Below are positions 39,536 through 54,200 of a stretch of DNA of 64,000 nucleotides, one piece after another. The stretch lies in contig BDGG01000008.1 in the NCBI GenBank assembly GCA_001949185.1, forward strand, positions 1,426,001 to 1,490,000, written 5' to 3'. Source of the stretch: Ramazzottius varieornatus. Its lineage: Eukaryota; Animalia; Tardigrada. The notes below the pieces were generated by a model. It was not told the origin of the DNA. It ran no database searches and was given only the letters and a program-made list of their open reading frames with translations. The translations under genes and the position numbers were made by a program. How positions within the stretch are numbered: the stretch's first letter is position 1; every line of letters begins with the position of its first letter.

Positions 39536-39975
39536 GTGAATCGATCAGTGAGGGAATTAGTGATTCCCCGGTCCCTTGGGGGTGAAAACTTGACCTCGAC
39601 TGAAGGTCATTTGCAGCAACCAGATCGCAAACTCCATCCTGTGGCTTAACGTAAAAATTGGAAACTTACAAAAATATTCTACAATTAAATTATTCCTGAC
39701 TTTTCCTGTTGTGGCTCGTGAGGATTTTATTGTACTCTGTGACGACAGCACATTTGCCGCAGTCATCAGCGCTGAATCAGGTAGCGTGGAGATCCGAGGA
39801 GGAGCACGGTAAAGTCGTAGCAGCATCTAGCGGATCCACCGGAAGAAGATACCCACTGACATCTTCCCGTTTTCGTCGAGCGTCCCTTTCACCTGTGGTG
39901 CCTGCTTCGTGGCAAACTCAAAATTCGTCTAGAGCTTTCTTGAGACAAGTATAGCCAAAGGACTGCAAGCTTGGC

Positions 39976-41437
39976 ATGTCGGAATTCAAGCCGCCCTCAT
40001 GGTAAAATACGAATTTCCTGCCGTTGATCGTTTTCATCTTAGATGGCCATGACGTCACGGATGCTACAGTGTTTATAGATAGATTTATTCAGCCTCAACA
40101 ATCTAGTCAACTGCCTCCTCGATCGTCGGAGGATACAGAAACATGCAAAATACAAAAGTCACACAAGTTATTACGATGTTATAGCGAATGACCCTCGCCA
40201 TTAACCCAAAACTAGCAGCATGTTGTAAACCGTTGTGACGTCATGCGCTTCTGCATATGGTCTTGCTGCGGATCTACATGCAGTGAATACGTTTTTGTTT
40301 CCAGGGCAGGAACACCCGAGCCTGGCGTTCACCTCGATGTTTACAAGGATAACGCCATGATCGGAGTACGCTTTGGACAGCCCATACTACTGTACTGGAT
40401 AGCTTTGACTGCGGACTTTCGTTGTAGAAATATGCGGTGGATAAGAAGAGCTACTACCTGTTCGGACGGAATCCCGACATGGTCGACTTCGCTGTGGACC
40501 ATGTCTCCTGTTCCCGCGTACATGCAGCTCTCGTTCATCACAAAGCTCTAAAGAGACCATTCCTCATTGACTTAGGGAGCAGTAAGTACACGAAAAAGGT
40601 TGCATAGTAAGCCATTATCTGCCTTGTCATGACTAAGTTCCTCGTTGAAGCACATGGAACCTTTGTGGGCAATATCCGGCTGGAACCAAACAAACCTCAG
40701 CAGCTTTTCTCCGACACGTCTTTCCACTTCGGTGCTTCCACGCGACAGTATTTAGTAAAGGAGAAAGTGAAACCGGACGACAAGACGACGGAAGATGGGA
40801 AGAAGAAGGTGGAAGTAGTACTGCCCACAAACGAAAAAGAGCTCGAGGTACTTCATCTCCATCGGCATCGTATGAATCATAGTAACGCAACCCTATCTTG
40901 TTCTAGAGTCTGACGATCTACAACACTGACCAGAATGTCAAACTGATCAACCAGAAAGTTCCCGAAGCAGCTCCAAAGAGAACCTCGTCGAAGAGGAAGC
41001 GGGTAGTTTTCAACGAGGAGGAGGACGTCATCAACCCCGAAGAGTCCGATCCGAGTGTCGGACGGTTCCAGAACCTGGTCTCCACCGAAGTGATAGCCAA
41101 TACCAAAGTTTGTCTACTGTCGAACTGTTATTGCAAAATTGAAGGTCTATTTTCTGATGACGTTTCTGTCTTCCCGTAGAAAATGAAGCTGGATTCCCGC
41201 AATGCTTCGGCCAGCCACAGGATAGCCCAGCCTTTCGCAGCTTCGAGAGGTCCCGACCTTTACGGAGACCTTCCTTCTTCCGGCAGTGTCTCCTCACTAC
41301 CCAACAGCGCACCGGACGTCGATGTGGAGTCGGGAAGCTCGTCACCGGTGAAGGACGAGGAGCATCACAAGAAGTACGCCAAAGAAGTATGGCCTGGAAA
41401 GCATCCTCACAGCTCGCCATCACCAGCACGGATATAA
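39976..41437 (+). CDS. PPP1R8: Nuclear inhibitor of protein phosphatase 1 (FHA domain plus RVxF motif)
   Basis: MSEFKPPSWAG…GVHLDVYK…YYLFGRN…HVSCSRVHAALVHH…DLGSTHGTFVGNIRLEP…FGASTR; KRKRVVFNEEEDVINPE…VGRFQNLV; KKYAKEVWPGK. Confidence 0.93.
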
Positions 41438-42556
41438 AGGCAAGACTTCCGCTTCGTACTTTTTTCTTCTTGATGCACAACAGATAAACACTCGATGAGA
41501 AAGAAAACGAAATACATCTACAACAAAAACACTGTTAACTCCTTTCATGTTGAATTATTGCGCGCAAAATTGAATATTTTCCTGTAAATAGATTCGTACT
41601 GTGTTAGGTTACGAAAAGCCGCAGATTTCTTTTCCGAGAGACGTCGTCAGTTAATTCGGTGGCCGAAGCAATGAAGAAGCTGTGAAGAATTGGTCAAACG
41701 AGGCGTGAAATTGTTTCTTCGTCCTTTTGACCACTTCTGACATTTCGATAATCCGAGCGTTTCATTTATGGTGAAGAATAATGGTAATCGAAATGATTGA
41801 GGTTGATTTTGTCGGGCTTGTGCCCATTGCTTGTCTCGGAAGAAGTTGTTGCAATCGAGAACTATTTACTAGGCGTCGATCAATCTTTTGATGCCGTAAC
41901 TCACCTGTCTTCTTTTCAAGGTCCGATGGCGGATCGCACAAATTCGAGGTCGAGTTGGCGAAGACCCACCTTTCGATCTCACGCTGAGGCATCCACCAAC
42001 ACCGATGCTCACCTTTTGAGCGTAGTCTGTGTAGATTATACGGTGCTAGTTTTCGCTCAAAGCTTTAGGTCAAGTTTGCTCATCGCGAAGAGAAGCTTCA
42101 AGTGAACACATTTTTCTGGGCGGTCGTATGTCTGTTTTTCGTGATGGCGAAGAGTGGTCAGACATGTGAGAATGCATGCATGTACGTGAGCGATGTTGCG
42201 GATGCGACTCTTGAGCATCATTCCGTTGTACTTGTACGAGAGTTACAACCACTGAAACCAGAGAACTCTGTACACTGTAGAAGCACTTGTGCGTTCTAAC
42301 AATGCCGTTATTGGCGGCTGGCTTTTCATTGCGGCACACAGATATCATCCGAAAAGCAAGCATCATTTTCCATGCCCGGATCACTGACCAGTGATTACTC
42401 TTCTGTCTGCTTCGCTTATTGAACTTCACCTACTTTTTCTAGCCCAGTGCGTGTAAAGTCTTTTGTAGCTGATGTTTGGAAGGCTGAGGCTCTAGACAGA
42501 AGAATTCATAGCGAGAACCCCGAAAGGTGTTATTCTGGGTGGCACTTCCGTTCATC

Positions 42557-45500
42557 ATGGGGAGCCTCAGTGCGAATACCCAGTTCTCTTTGCCGGATTT
42601 CCTTTTCTTGGCTCTACTACCAGTCCTAACCTTCGCTGGTAAGTCGAACCTCCGTTACCCTTCTATCAAGTCTACCCAGAAACGTTCTTGATCTTGTTTG
42701 ATGCTGATATGTGGGTGATTCGTAGAAAGGGACTGTGGATTACCGGCTATCCCGGCTCATGCCACCATCCAGTTCAACACTTTTCCGGTGAAAGCGCGGA
42801 CCGTCGCCACCTACGCTTGTGACCCTGGTTATATCCTCCTCGGAAAGGAAAGGCGCAGCTGTACTGTCAACGGAACATGGACTGGATTTAATCCTCTTTG
42901 CGGTAAGCAAACTGAGCAACCTACTTCGTTCAAAGTCGGGTTTTCTGAAATTTTTAAAAAGTGGTTTCATCGAGTTTCAAGGCAATGGCAGGGTCTCAGG
43001 TGGAGCGATGGTAAGAGTAATGGATGGTTTTTTTTTGAAACTTGATTTGGTGGTTTGTGGGAAGTTACGGAGCCGACCGGACGTGGTTGCAGTGACGAAC
43101 AGTATTTGATAAGTTCGGAAGCGAGAATATACAGCGGATGTTATTGAACTGTGACGAGAATGGCCGCTCGTCCGTTATGATATTGCTGTGGTGGGGCCTC
43201 GGGGTACTTCGAGCACATTTATCGTCGCAAGTGTGGCCTCTTGCATGTCCGGTCGGCCTGGTGCCCGTCTCCTCTCTTCTTGACGTTCTTCTCGTCGCTG
43301 AATCCGCTAACTTCTTGCTCTTCTTCATCATGTCGAGTCGTGATTCATCAAGGCCAGCCATTTATTATTCATATTTTTTGAGCGTGCTGCGAAGTTACTA
43401 CATCTGTCTTCGAGGCTTGATGGATATTGGCTCGTAAATTGACGGCCATTTGAAAGAAACTGCCCCATTGAGCCTCTGAAACTTTATGAAAACTGAACGT
43501 TCAATTGGGGAAATCAGGACAAACGAGGAAAATATTTTTGAGATTGTATAAATAGCCCCTTTCAAGAACGAAAAGTGAAACCACCACGCAACGTGAAAAC
43601 GCTCTACGAGCTAATTTGATACTCACACAAAAGTCTACAATCAGCGTGGAAGAATGTCAGATTTCGGTCGGGACCTCGGCATCTCTTACGAAGTTTCACA
43701 TTCGTTTGGAACGGTTAAAGGTAGAACATTCCCTGACGTCATCATTAGGCATTCATCCGTGTTTCTTTTTGCCATAAACCCTTGAACTGGTTTTGTAGAC
43801 AGTTGATAAGATACAGCCGATAAGTTCCATGATATGTGGCTGCTACATTTGCTGTGGGATATGTTTTTCCGGTACGGCTTTTCAGTAGGACATTAACTCT
43901 TGGTTTTGCGTAGTGGTCGATGTGGCACTGGGTAAGCCGGCCAAGTCGTCCTCCCAACAAGGAAGAATCGGACCGGCCATTGCCGTCAGCGAAGAGAACC
44001 CAATAGACGTCAACGTGGCCGGGAACAGTGAAGCGGTGTGCTACAGCAGCAAGGCCGAAGTGGCCCCATGGTGGAGTGTCAACCTACTGGATTCCTACGT
44101 GGTGCATTCCGTCAGGCTGGTCGTTGGTCAGTCCTGCTGCGGTAAGAATGGGCCATGCCTGACAGCTCATGACCGATCTGGCATTCGAAATGTCGATTCT
44201 GGTATCCTTCTGCGCTTACAGATGACGGGCCGGTGTACATTGAGGTGCGCGTCGGTAATGACCGCGACATCTCGCGCAACGCACTATGCGGTCGCTACAA
44301 TGGCATCATCGGTATGTCGTTGAGATCCATTAGCCTCCAAGGAACTTTTGAACCGTCTCATCCATCAACATTTTCGTCTAAATTGTTCACGACGTTTATT
44401 GCCTTAATTTGTAAAGTGTTTTGCTCATCATTCTGCTGTCGTTCAAACAGAAACTGGAGCGGTCCTTGACGTCCGCTGTTATCGACCATTGCGGGGAATC
44501 TTCCTCAGTGTCCACCAACTGCGCGAAGTTCCCAACACGCTCTCGCTATGCAAAGTCCAAGCCTTCTCCGACCAAAGTAAGAACCTAAAGCCAAAAAAAA
44601 CAAGTCAGAGAAATATGAAAATTCTTACTGACTTGGCCAAAGCAATCTATATGAAAATCGGTGGAAAAATGGCTTCTTAAGCAAGATCGGCAAATCTGTA
44701 TTGTACGAGACCTTTCCCCAACGCTGACGAGCGTCGGTCGAAGTGATCCAGCTCGGTTTTGAGACAATGCTCGGAATAACCGTCGACAGTCTACCAGAAT
44801 AAGCTAATGTGAGTTAATTTTTGTGATTGTAGCCATTGCGGCGTTGCAGTGTCCGGTGACGGAGGAGAAAGTGGATATGGGAGATGTCTTCACCTACGGT
44901 GATCAGTGTTATCATTTCTTCAACTCGAAAGCCGACACCTGGGACAATGCTCAGATGTACTGTAGCCGTCGCGGAGGTAGTCTAGTTTGGGGGACCAGCC
45001 CTGCCTTCCAGGTATGAATAACCTCCGTCTGCGTTTTATGCGATGGTCAAAACAATGCAGCCATGTCGGGTGACTTTTCGTAAACTCATCAAGCGTCGAG
45101 TGGTTATGAAACCAGAGATGATGTTACCCGCTGTGAATTAGACGAGGGTCGTTGTTCTTGCAGGCGTTCGTCAGCTGGGCCATGGCGCATCGCTACAACC
45201 AGTTCTCGGCCGAGAACCCTAACTACTGGATGGGCGCCACACGCGCCGACTGGACCGATGGCCAGTGGATGTGGGTCAAAGGGAGTAAGTACCAGCGATC
45301 GGGCAACGAAAACCCCACTTTTCATTTGATGGAATGATCGATCAAACAAAATATGGACGTCAGCAAACAATCTCGGGAAGAGTGCTATTTCAAGTGACGC
45401 ACGTTTCCATTGTTATCAAGTGGAGGCGTGCGCCACCTGAAGTAACGCTCTTCCACCTGAAGAATATGCTTGTTGGCCTCCCATCTTTATAAAGCGAAGG

Positions 45501-48500
45501 TAACTCTCAGTTCTTTGTCTACTTGGACGAACATCAGATCGACGGGTTTGACAGTAGTCATGCGTAGGATACGTATCAGAATATGAACCCATTAGATCGG
45601 CCTGTGACTATACAGAAAAATCGTAGAAAATTGTCCGGTTTCAGAGAAATGGGTGACAGGTCTGGAAGTTCTCAGTTTGATCAGCTGTATAATCTTTTGA
45701 CATCTGGAACCGTTTCGTCATGAAGCCGTGGATGATTATGTTTTTGGTTTCAGACACCACCGTCAATCCAGTTCGGGCTTTCTGGTCGAGTCGGGACCCA
45801 CCCGGCGATTTCGTTCCAGGAACGCAAAACTGCGTCATGTTCGACGCCAACTCTGGCTGGTTATGGCGCCAAGCTTCGTGCGAGCGTCATCTCAACTGGG
45901 TTTGTGAATTCAGTAAGTTGTCCCTTACCTCCGGTTAATTTGAAAAGAAAAGTGATGAAAAGAGAAAGAGCGTGATGGTACAGTGGTTGGGTTTGTGTGT
46001 TAAGCGTTTGATTTATCACCATTTTTTGTTGCCAACAGCGCCGCGTTCGTGTGGCAATCCGGCTGTTCAAGCCAACTCTAGCGTGCAATACAGTTCCTCC
46101 GATGTGGGCAGTGTGGCCGTCTACGGCTGCACTGGTGGACTATATCTTCGCGGTACCAGCCTAAGGAGATGCCAACCAAATGGAAAGTGGAGCGATCAAC
46201 CGCCGGTCTGCACCAGTAAGTTACCACAATCACCAAAAGTAAGGTATCGCGTGCTGACCACACGGTAGAAAGTCAGTGAAACTTCGACGACGACCTTTCT
46301 TTGAAGAACTTTCAACAAAACCGGCAATTCTATCACAATCAACCACACCTCGAAAAGTAATTTGAAAAGCAAAGGAAGAAAAGGTTTAGAAATCTTCCAC
46401 ATCTCCGTTCGTACAGTCCGAAGAGCGCGAAATACAGTTGTACTAAATATAGTCCGAGATGCCTGCACATTGGTAATTTTTCAGTGGATGGTTGTGGAGT
46501 TCCGACTACGGTGGAGAACGGTGAAGTGACCTACAACAGTACGAGTGTGGGAGCAGTGTCGCAGTACTCGTGTCTACCCAAATACAAGCCGCTCGGTCAG
46601 ACGACGGCCACCTGCAAGGATGACGGACTTTGGGATACCGATCCACCACAGTGTGTCTGTAAGTGCTATTTGAGACTACAAGTATCTGGTCTCTTTGTTG
46701 GTTTACGTTCTGGCGTGACTGTGAGGCGGTGAGCAGGGGCTTTTGTTTTATAGTGGTGGACTGCGGCCCTCCACCGTCCATTCCTCACGGAACAGTTACA
46801 CTCCTGGATCGTCTGACGTCGGAAGGTTCGCGCTTGGAGTACAGCTGTGAGAGCGGATATGGGCTGATTGGGAACAGTCAGCTCACTTGCGCCGCCAGTG
46901 AAGTTTGGGAAGGAGCCATTCCTTTCTGTCAAGAAGGTATGTTGACTTGCGGATGATGGCAAAGAGCTCCTATGTCGATCCGAAATTAAAGGCATTTTCA
47001 CCTTATAAATCTCGGGAAAAATTGCCCAGATTGTCTAGCTAGGTCGTTTGCCCTTTCCGCTTGGATATTAAATAGCCATTTCCGCTTGGATATTAAATAG
47101 CCAGATCGGTACCGCTTGTGTGTTAAGATCAATATGTTCAAAGCATGCGTACGTTTGTTTCTAAATTTTTCAATGCTTTTGTATCAAATGGTTTTCGTTT
47201 CCAAGTTTCTAAATTTTGGTTCTGATCAATCTGATTGGTTTTCAGGAGGTGTTTCAGCCATAGCCGCTACCTTCTTCCCACCGTCCCTCTCATCCACTTC
47301 TTTCAGCGCCGAAGACGCCGTCACAGCCCGACGTACTCGAACTCGGACCACGGCAGAATCCACCTCCCCAACAACAACGACGACCACTGAACCCACTACT
47401 GAACCCACCCCTGAACCCACCACTGAACCCACCACCGAACCCACCCCTGAACCCACCACTGAACCCACCACCGAACCCACCACCGAAGCCACCACCGAGG
47501 AACCCACCACGGAACTCGTTACCGAAGCCCCTACCGAGGCAACTACCACTCCAGCCACCACAACGCCCTCGACAACACCTTCCACCAGCACCACCACCAC
47601 TCCATCCACCACGGTGTACATCACCACCGTTACCTCCCCCACTACCTCCACCACGACATCAACGACCACTACTACCACCACACCTACTACCACTACTCCA
47701 AGTACCACCACAACCACACCCACTACCACGACTTCAACCACCACCACCACCACCACAAGCACAACAACCACCCCTTCGACGACACCCACCACCACTAGCA
47801 CTACCACCACTCAAAGCACCACCGTCAGTTCCACACCGATACCCCTACTTGTCCTGGGTCTTCAGCCAAACAGTAGCCTGACCAATGCTTCGCTCAACGC
47901 TAACGCTTCTGACCAAATCGGCCTTCTGCTGGTGCCCACATCCATAGTTAATGACGGCAGCGTCGATACCACTAACGTAAACGCTACTTTGGCCAGTTCG
48001 AGTGGTCCAACCTTGGCTAGTACCAACAACCACGGCAATGGTTCTTCAGTGATGAATATGCACACCCCCATAGCTACGTTGAACGGCGTGACATTCTCCA
48101 ATCTGACCGATGGTAGTAGTCTCTTGGATGGACTGGGTAACGTCATCTTCACCCCGGCACCGGTGATGACTTCGTCTCGTCAGCCGACTGTGCGAGGTCG
48201 CTTCCAAGCCAACAACGCCATGTTGTTGTCGAATGACCTGTTCGGGAACGGAGGAGGAGGGAAAGCTACGACACCCAGTGCGACTTGGACGACGACGACC
48301 AGAGAGTCTACTACCACGACGGAGGAAGTGACGTCGAATAGCGCCGGAGTGGGTAGCCCCTTTGACCATACCTTGTCGACGCTGGAAACTTTGGAGGGAG
48401 AGCAGTCGTTGGACGAGACGGGAAGGTTGAGGACGATCCCGACGGAGAGAAGTAACGTGGTGTCGGTTACCGAGGTTGTGGTGCCGACGGTAGTCCAGGC

Positions 48501-49558
48501 TTCGCACAAAAGTGTCGGTAAGTGTTCCACACCCCTGTTAATATTGATATTGAAACAGTCGGAAGGGACGAATTTTTCTCACAAGAGACAGTGTTAAAAA
48601 CATGCAATCATACTGATTTCGTCTTGATCCTGCAAAGCATCGCATACTTTGCAGCGATCTAACCCGCTAACCGCGCCGCTTGAAAAAAACAACTGGGCGT
48701 TTATCATTTTATTTTTTTCTTCAGGTGGATGGATCGCACTTGGTGTGATCTTGGGACTACTACTGCTGCTGCTTCTCCTCATCCTGGTCGTCTGTATCCG
48801 AAGGTAGCTCAACCATCACTTCGTGCTGTGGTCATTTCGTCATTCCTCTCTTCAGCCATACAGCCGTTAGAAGCGGACAGTTGATCATGAGAGGCAATTA
48901 TTTATATCGTTGTAGGCGCCGCCAACGAAGATCCGGAGTGGAACTAACCTCCAGCACCACCGTCACCCAGTACTCCGACAGCGACAGTGGCGCCGCCGCC
49001 GCTTTCAACAACCGCTACCGTAAAGCGTGGGACAATCTGCAGATCGAAAGCGACGCAGCCAACGCAGCCGCTATCAGTGCAGGCAAAGACACTCCGGTCA
49101 GCCAGACCACCTTCAAGTCCACGGGACCCCGTCGCCGTGACGAGAACCCCGTCGGCACCCAGTCCGAGATGGTCCTGAACCCCTCGCACGCTGGTACACT
49201 CAAGTCTGTTGGCGGACTCAGCGAGGCCTACCACGGCTCCGAAGAGATCTTTGTGGATGACTCGACCATACCCCAAATGCATGAACACAACTTGACCGTC
49301 CTTAATACAGGAAATGGCCCAGGCAAGTACCAGCTCTTTTGTGTGATAAGAGCCAGCAGGGTGTGTAGTGGCTATGTCGAGATCGATGGCTTGCGGAGGG
49401 TATGAGCAAGGTTGGGGTCTGTGGAATGGTGGAAGGGAGGGAAGGAAGCCAGCTGACGGACGGGTTGTCTCATTTAACAACACTTAGGCCAGATCGATGA
49501 CCTGTTTTTTGCTTGCGTCGAGGGGAAACCCGCGGGATATCCGCAGGAAAACACTTAA
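42557..49558 (+). CDS. furrowed/CG9095-like type I membrane protein: signal peptide, Sushi, FTP (fucolectin/F5-8-like), C-type lectin, Sushi x3, Thr-rich mucin stalk, TM, cytoplasmic tail
   Basis: DCGLPAIP…YACDPGYILLG…C…GTW; DVALGKPA…PWWSVNL; CYHF…TWDNAQMYC…YWMGA…QNCVMF…C…WVCE; three CCP exons; TEPT/TTT repeats at 47370-47830; TM GWIALGVILGLLLLLLLLILVVCI. The 3' end is 49558 (via a GC-AG intron) or 49405. Confidence 0.85.
45353..45484. mobile_element. Family A copy 8, in an intron of the furrowed-like gene
   Basis: ATGGACGTCAGCAAAC…GGAAGAGTGCTATTT-CAAGTGACGCAC(45391)-N25-GTGCGCCACCTG(45439)-AAGTAACGCTCTTCC…CTCCCAT. Confidence 0.8.
47054..47103. repeat. Perfect 25-bp tandem duplication, intronic
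   Basis: TTTCCGCTTGGATATTAAATAGCCA x2. Confidence 0.9.
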
Positions 49559-49640
49559 CGCAAAATTACACACACTTAATGGTCTCTTCACGGACAAAGG
49601 AATGCAGAATGAGAAGAAGGACAACTAGAAGACGAAAAGT

Positions 49641-49763
49641 TTGACACGTCGGCAAATGCTTGAACAGGTTCATTTCTTTAAGTGGCGCACCCTTCCAGTT
49701 AAAAGTAATCGAAACGTGCGCCATTGCAGGAAATGATCGTGGGTCCGTTTGCCGACGTCCCAT
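49641..49763. mobile_element. Family A copy 9, just 3' of the furrowed-like gene
   Basis: ACGTCGGCAAA…TAAGTGGCGCAC(49679)-N25-GTGCGCCATTGC(49727)…TTTGCCGACGTCCCAT. Confidence 0.82.
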
Positions 49764-51275
49764 TTGAAACCAGATGTCAGGTAGTAAATTGTCCATTCTA
49801 CGATGGCAGCCGCATTTTTCTTTGACGACGTCTCTGCAGTTCTTTAGAGTTCTCTGCCACAAATCGAACGGCTAATCCATGCCTGATGGAATTTTATTGT
49901 CTTTCGTGCTGAATGCCATCACTGTTTGAGCAGCATATGTCCACAAGCCTTTACGACCGACAAAGTAACATATGACTTGTCATTCCTTTTATGGAGATGC
50001 TTATGGATTTATCTGTTGCAGAAACCCATTTGGACATCACTGACGTACCCTCACAGCGACCTCATGCCGTGTAAACGAAGTTCCTTTGCCTTGTTAGTTA
50101 TCTTTGTGCTGGAATGGCACAGCTTCTGATATAGCCTTCTTTTGACACTTACAAATCATTATTGGCAAACTCTTGTTCTATGGAAGGTTGACGCGTTCCG
50201 ATTGCTTTGCGGTCTTTGCTTCTGGTTATGTTTGTTTAGCAGTGAATATTGTAATAGCTGCTGGACGGCGGCTTAATTTACGCTTTTTGTGTTGCTGTAT
50301 TGAACTCTTGAGCAAACAGTTATGAACACACTTGAAAAGAAAACACCCACGACACATGATTCCCTCACCCAAATAGAAACCAGGCATTTCCGACTGAAAG
50401 GACCAGTCAGACACACATGGTTGCTTATTTGGACGGTCCGCACGAGAGTGTGTCGCACTCAAATGGGAATCAGGCATGCTGTCTGGGACGGACCATTTGG
50501 AAGAAGCCTGGTTTCTACTGCGATATACAATATCGGCATATATTGTGCTTATTGGCCGAAGTTTAATGCTTTTCGAGATGAAGTCTCTCATTTCCATGTT
50601 CTCGCTCGACCAACTCTTCACATCGCCCATTATTACCGTGTGGAGTGAATAATGCCGTGGGTAGGAGTGAACTCTCGGCGAAGAATGTCTTCATCAATGC
50701 AGCGCACTGTGACGAACCGAAACCTCCTTTCGACACGCGCTGATGCTTTCGACGGTAGCTCAACGACAAAACAAGAATCAAAAATGCGAGAAAAAACCGT
50801 GGGCTTTTTACGATTAGTCCAGTCTGGTTCTCCGGAGATAAACGTTCACTCAGCAGCTCACATGGAAACAAAACAATTATATAACAAAAAAGAGGGCGTG
50901 GTCCACGTTGAATAATAAACAGGAAAAAATCTCAAGAAAATGTCACATTCCGCAGACACGGGACTTGTAACAGGAGAAAGGGGAGTATTTTTTCTTGTTA
51001 CAAAATCAACCAAAAATAGTAAAAATCTAAATGCAGGTTGTTAGCATGTGGAAAACGAGAAGCAAACGAAAACTTTCCATCTTCCAATCTATTTCGAAAA
51101 TTCGCCGGCCGATCTGTAGAAGGATCCTTATCTTTCGATGGATGGAAAACAGATCCGAGATGCTTCCTCCTTCGAGATTTTTAGAAATTTCACCGACAGT
51201 GAGTTTCCTGTCTTCGGCATGTGGGAACATTGAACAAGGAAGTGGCGAAGGAATGTGCGGTTAGTCGGCTATCGA

Positions 51276-54200
51276 TCAATGTCGCAGATCCGTCAGAGGA
51301 TAGCCGCCACCTTCTAAATCAGTGGCAGAATCCAGCTGGGCTCGAGGAGCCTTCCTGACAATGTAAGGTCCTTCTTTGACGTGGAGATGTTCAATTTCAT
51401 GAGTGTGATAAATGCCGCGCCGACGATGCCTGCAATGGAGTCAACAGCCCATTTTCCCATTGTGTTCTCAACGACATCCTTTTGCACTCACAGCCAGCAC
51501 TTAATTAGAACCTTTGCAAGATGGTTGCCAGCGATAGCAAATTGATTACTCTCACTGTCGAAACTGAAGTTAAGCAATCCTGTTTCGCTTCTGGTATGAA
51601 CCGAGGAAGACATTCGGGAGCTGGGTAAACGCAACAGACGAGATTGCTATGTGAAGTGGCGCACCCTTCCAGCCAAGAACAATTAGAACGTGCGCCACTT
51701 AAGGTAATGGTCTTGTACATCTTGCTTGCCCAGCTGTCAAAAATTTCTTTTCAAAAGAAATTTCTAAACTATGAGGCCGCCTTGTGGGATTTCCATATAG
51801 TGGTAGGATTAAGATTTGATTTTTAGCCATCTTTACACCTTCATGAAAGTATAAACTGGGCGTAGAAAAATGTGAACTTGGAACTATGACGAAGGATTTT
51901 CCTGTCATGAATATTCTGTGCAAATTTATTCTGATGGGATTACATGCTTTCATCTTTAAATACAGCGAAGAACTAAGTTAGCTTGGCGGACAGATCGGAC
52001 ACTTTTGCTTGGTTTTGTGGTTGTCGTGACAGTGTCAGCGTCATCGGAGCGATAAAGCAGCAAAACACTTGGTTTTCTAGTTTGGGTCCTTGACAGTAAT
52101 TAACTGGTATCAACACCACGCAACACGCATCTTCCGTCTAGGCACTTTTTATGGCCGCGCGTAAGACTCTACAAAAGTGGTCTGGCCGGCCTCGCCACCG
52201 CAATTAAAGCTGCATAATTCGTTTATTTTCCGTGAGCTTGTTGAAGGCTGACATTGTAGATCAAGAAGTACATATATGCATTAGCCAACACGGGCGATGA
52301 ACCACCCCATTATAAATGTTAGTCATGAGGTAATTATTGAATGGGAACATACCTTCGTAATGTGAGGACGATGCCTAATGCTGCAATTAGGATGAGCAGG
52401 AGGGCGCCAACCACCGCCGAGGGGATCACAATTTCTGAAATAGACATTGTCCAGTAAGAAAAGCAGGAACGCACTCAGAATCAATTTAGCCTGAACTAAC
52501 GGAGAGAGCTCTAATCAATGCGGCAAAAACTACTGCGAAAGCCTTTGCCACCAATGTTATCATGCAATCAAGCACCAAAATGAGGATGATGTATGCAGGT
52601 GCGTGATGGAACAAACCATGCGTGTGTCTACGTGATGATTAAACTTCACATATTGATCAGATTCAAAGGAAACCACAAAGTTCACGGTTGCAAATGAAAA
52701 GCGCTGCTTTAGTAGCGCGCATGCAAAGAATGATTAGGTGAGTAGACACACAGCAGGGTAAAGTTAGATCAATGCGTGCAGCAAATGGCGACATGCCGGT
52801 GGTGTATACCTGACAGTGTGTTTCCACCGGCATGTAGCGGCTTCCACTTACGTGTCAGGTTAGCTCCGTTGAGCATATCAATCGGGATGTTTGCTCTACT
52901 CTGCACCAGACCATCATCGAGAGCGCCCTTCCGCCACTCTGTCGTGTTGACACCTGGATAAAAAACAGGACGTGATGGGACGGGTGTTGTGTTGGGCGCA
53001 AAGCTATTCCGTATGAGCGATGGCACTGTCGTTGCAATGGCAAACAAATCAGGGCTACTTCCGCGACCGTTGCCGGACATTCTCAAAAGGCAATCAGTAA
53101 GCAGGGACCAAGTCTAGGACTATGACTGAACGTCTCTAGTCAGCATTCCGTCCAGATCTTCAACGATACTTTGGCGTTCCCGTGATTGGGGACAAGATTA
53201 GAAACTGATGGACATTTTGTGGGTCGAGAAAAGCGGGGTAAGGCCTTGGGTGCGGATATGATTTACGGATCGGTAGCCTTATACACCCGATCTCAAATTC
53301 AGATCAATGTAATAACGGAGTATTCCCAGCGCATCGGGTAACACTGCGTTGCTTCGGTAAAACAAGCAAATGATGCTCGGCACTTTTGCCGCTTACGGAA
53401 AAGGCCGTTGAGATAACAAGTTGCTTATTTAAGCGAACGTGCTTTGAGCTCGGTCTTGGAGAACCAATCTCGAGGATGTGTTTTGAAAAGAAAGAAAAAT
53501 TCATAAGCACAACTCTTGAGCCATGCTTGGCATTGCTTTTCGACTGACTCGCCCACAGTATACCATACAAAGAGAAGCTGCTTTTTCTTGCGTTGTATGG
53601 TACGACAACAAGCACGATGGCTGCCAGGCGCTGTAGTACGATGAGTGGAGGTTGCAATTTACAAACCGGTTATGTTTGCCTGCGTGCTTACAATCCTCCT
53701 GGCACCGCATGCAGCCTTTAGCTGCTCCACATCTGCTTGAATGTACAGTGTACTCCTCTGCGCACAGAGAGTATCTCGTGTGGGGAAAAACAACCGGATG
53801 TCCTCGCTGATCCGGGTCTGTCAATGCTGTCAAGCAAAGACTTCCTGCCACGCTAAGGCGCCGCCATGGGGACTGTGGTATCGTCGCTGAGAATACAGCG
53901 GCTTTGTGGTAACTGGCAAAAAGGGATTATGCTGTTTCCTCAATTGCCTTGAGAAGACAGCCGGTAAATGCCTTTATGAAATTTGTTATCTGGATATCTG
54001 CAAGTGGAATCCGACAACTGGTATCGGATTTCTCTTCTCATGTGTATACTCGACATACCAGTGAGATGTAGTACCTCGATCGCTCATGTAATAAATATAG
54101 GCCATCGTAAACAGCGAACACAGCGTCTTCCGGAACCCGATGGCGAACTCGGCGAAATTCATTGCAAAATTCTACGTTACCAAAAGCGTCTTTGTTAGAA

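Noticed and set aside
47226-47810. 194-aa Val-rich minus-strand ORF
   Set aside because: Antisense shadow of the Thr-rich (ACC) mucin exon.
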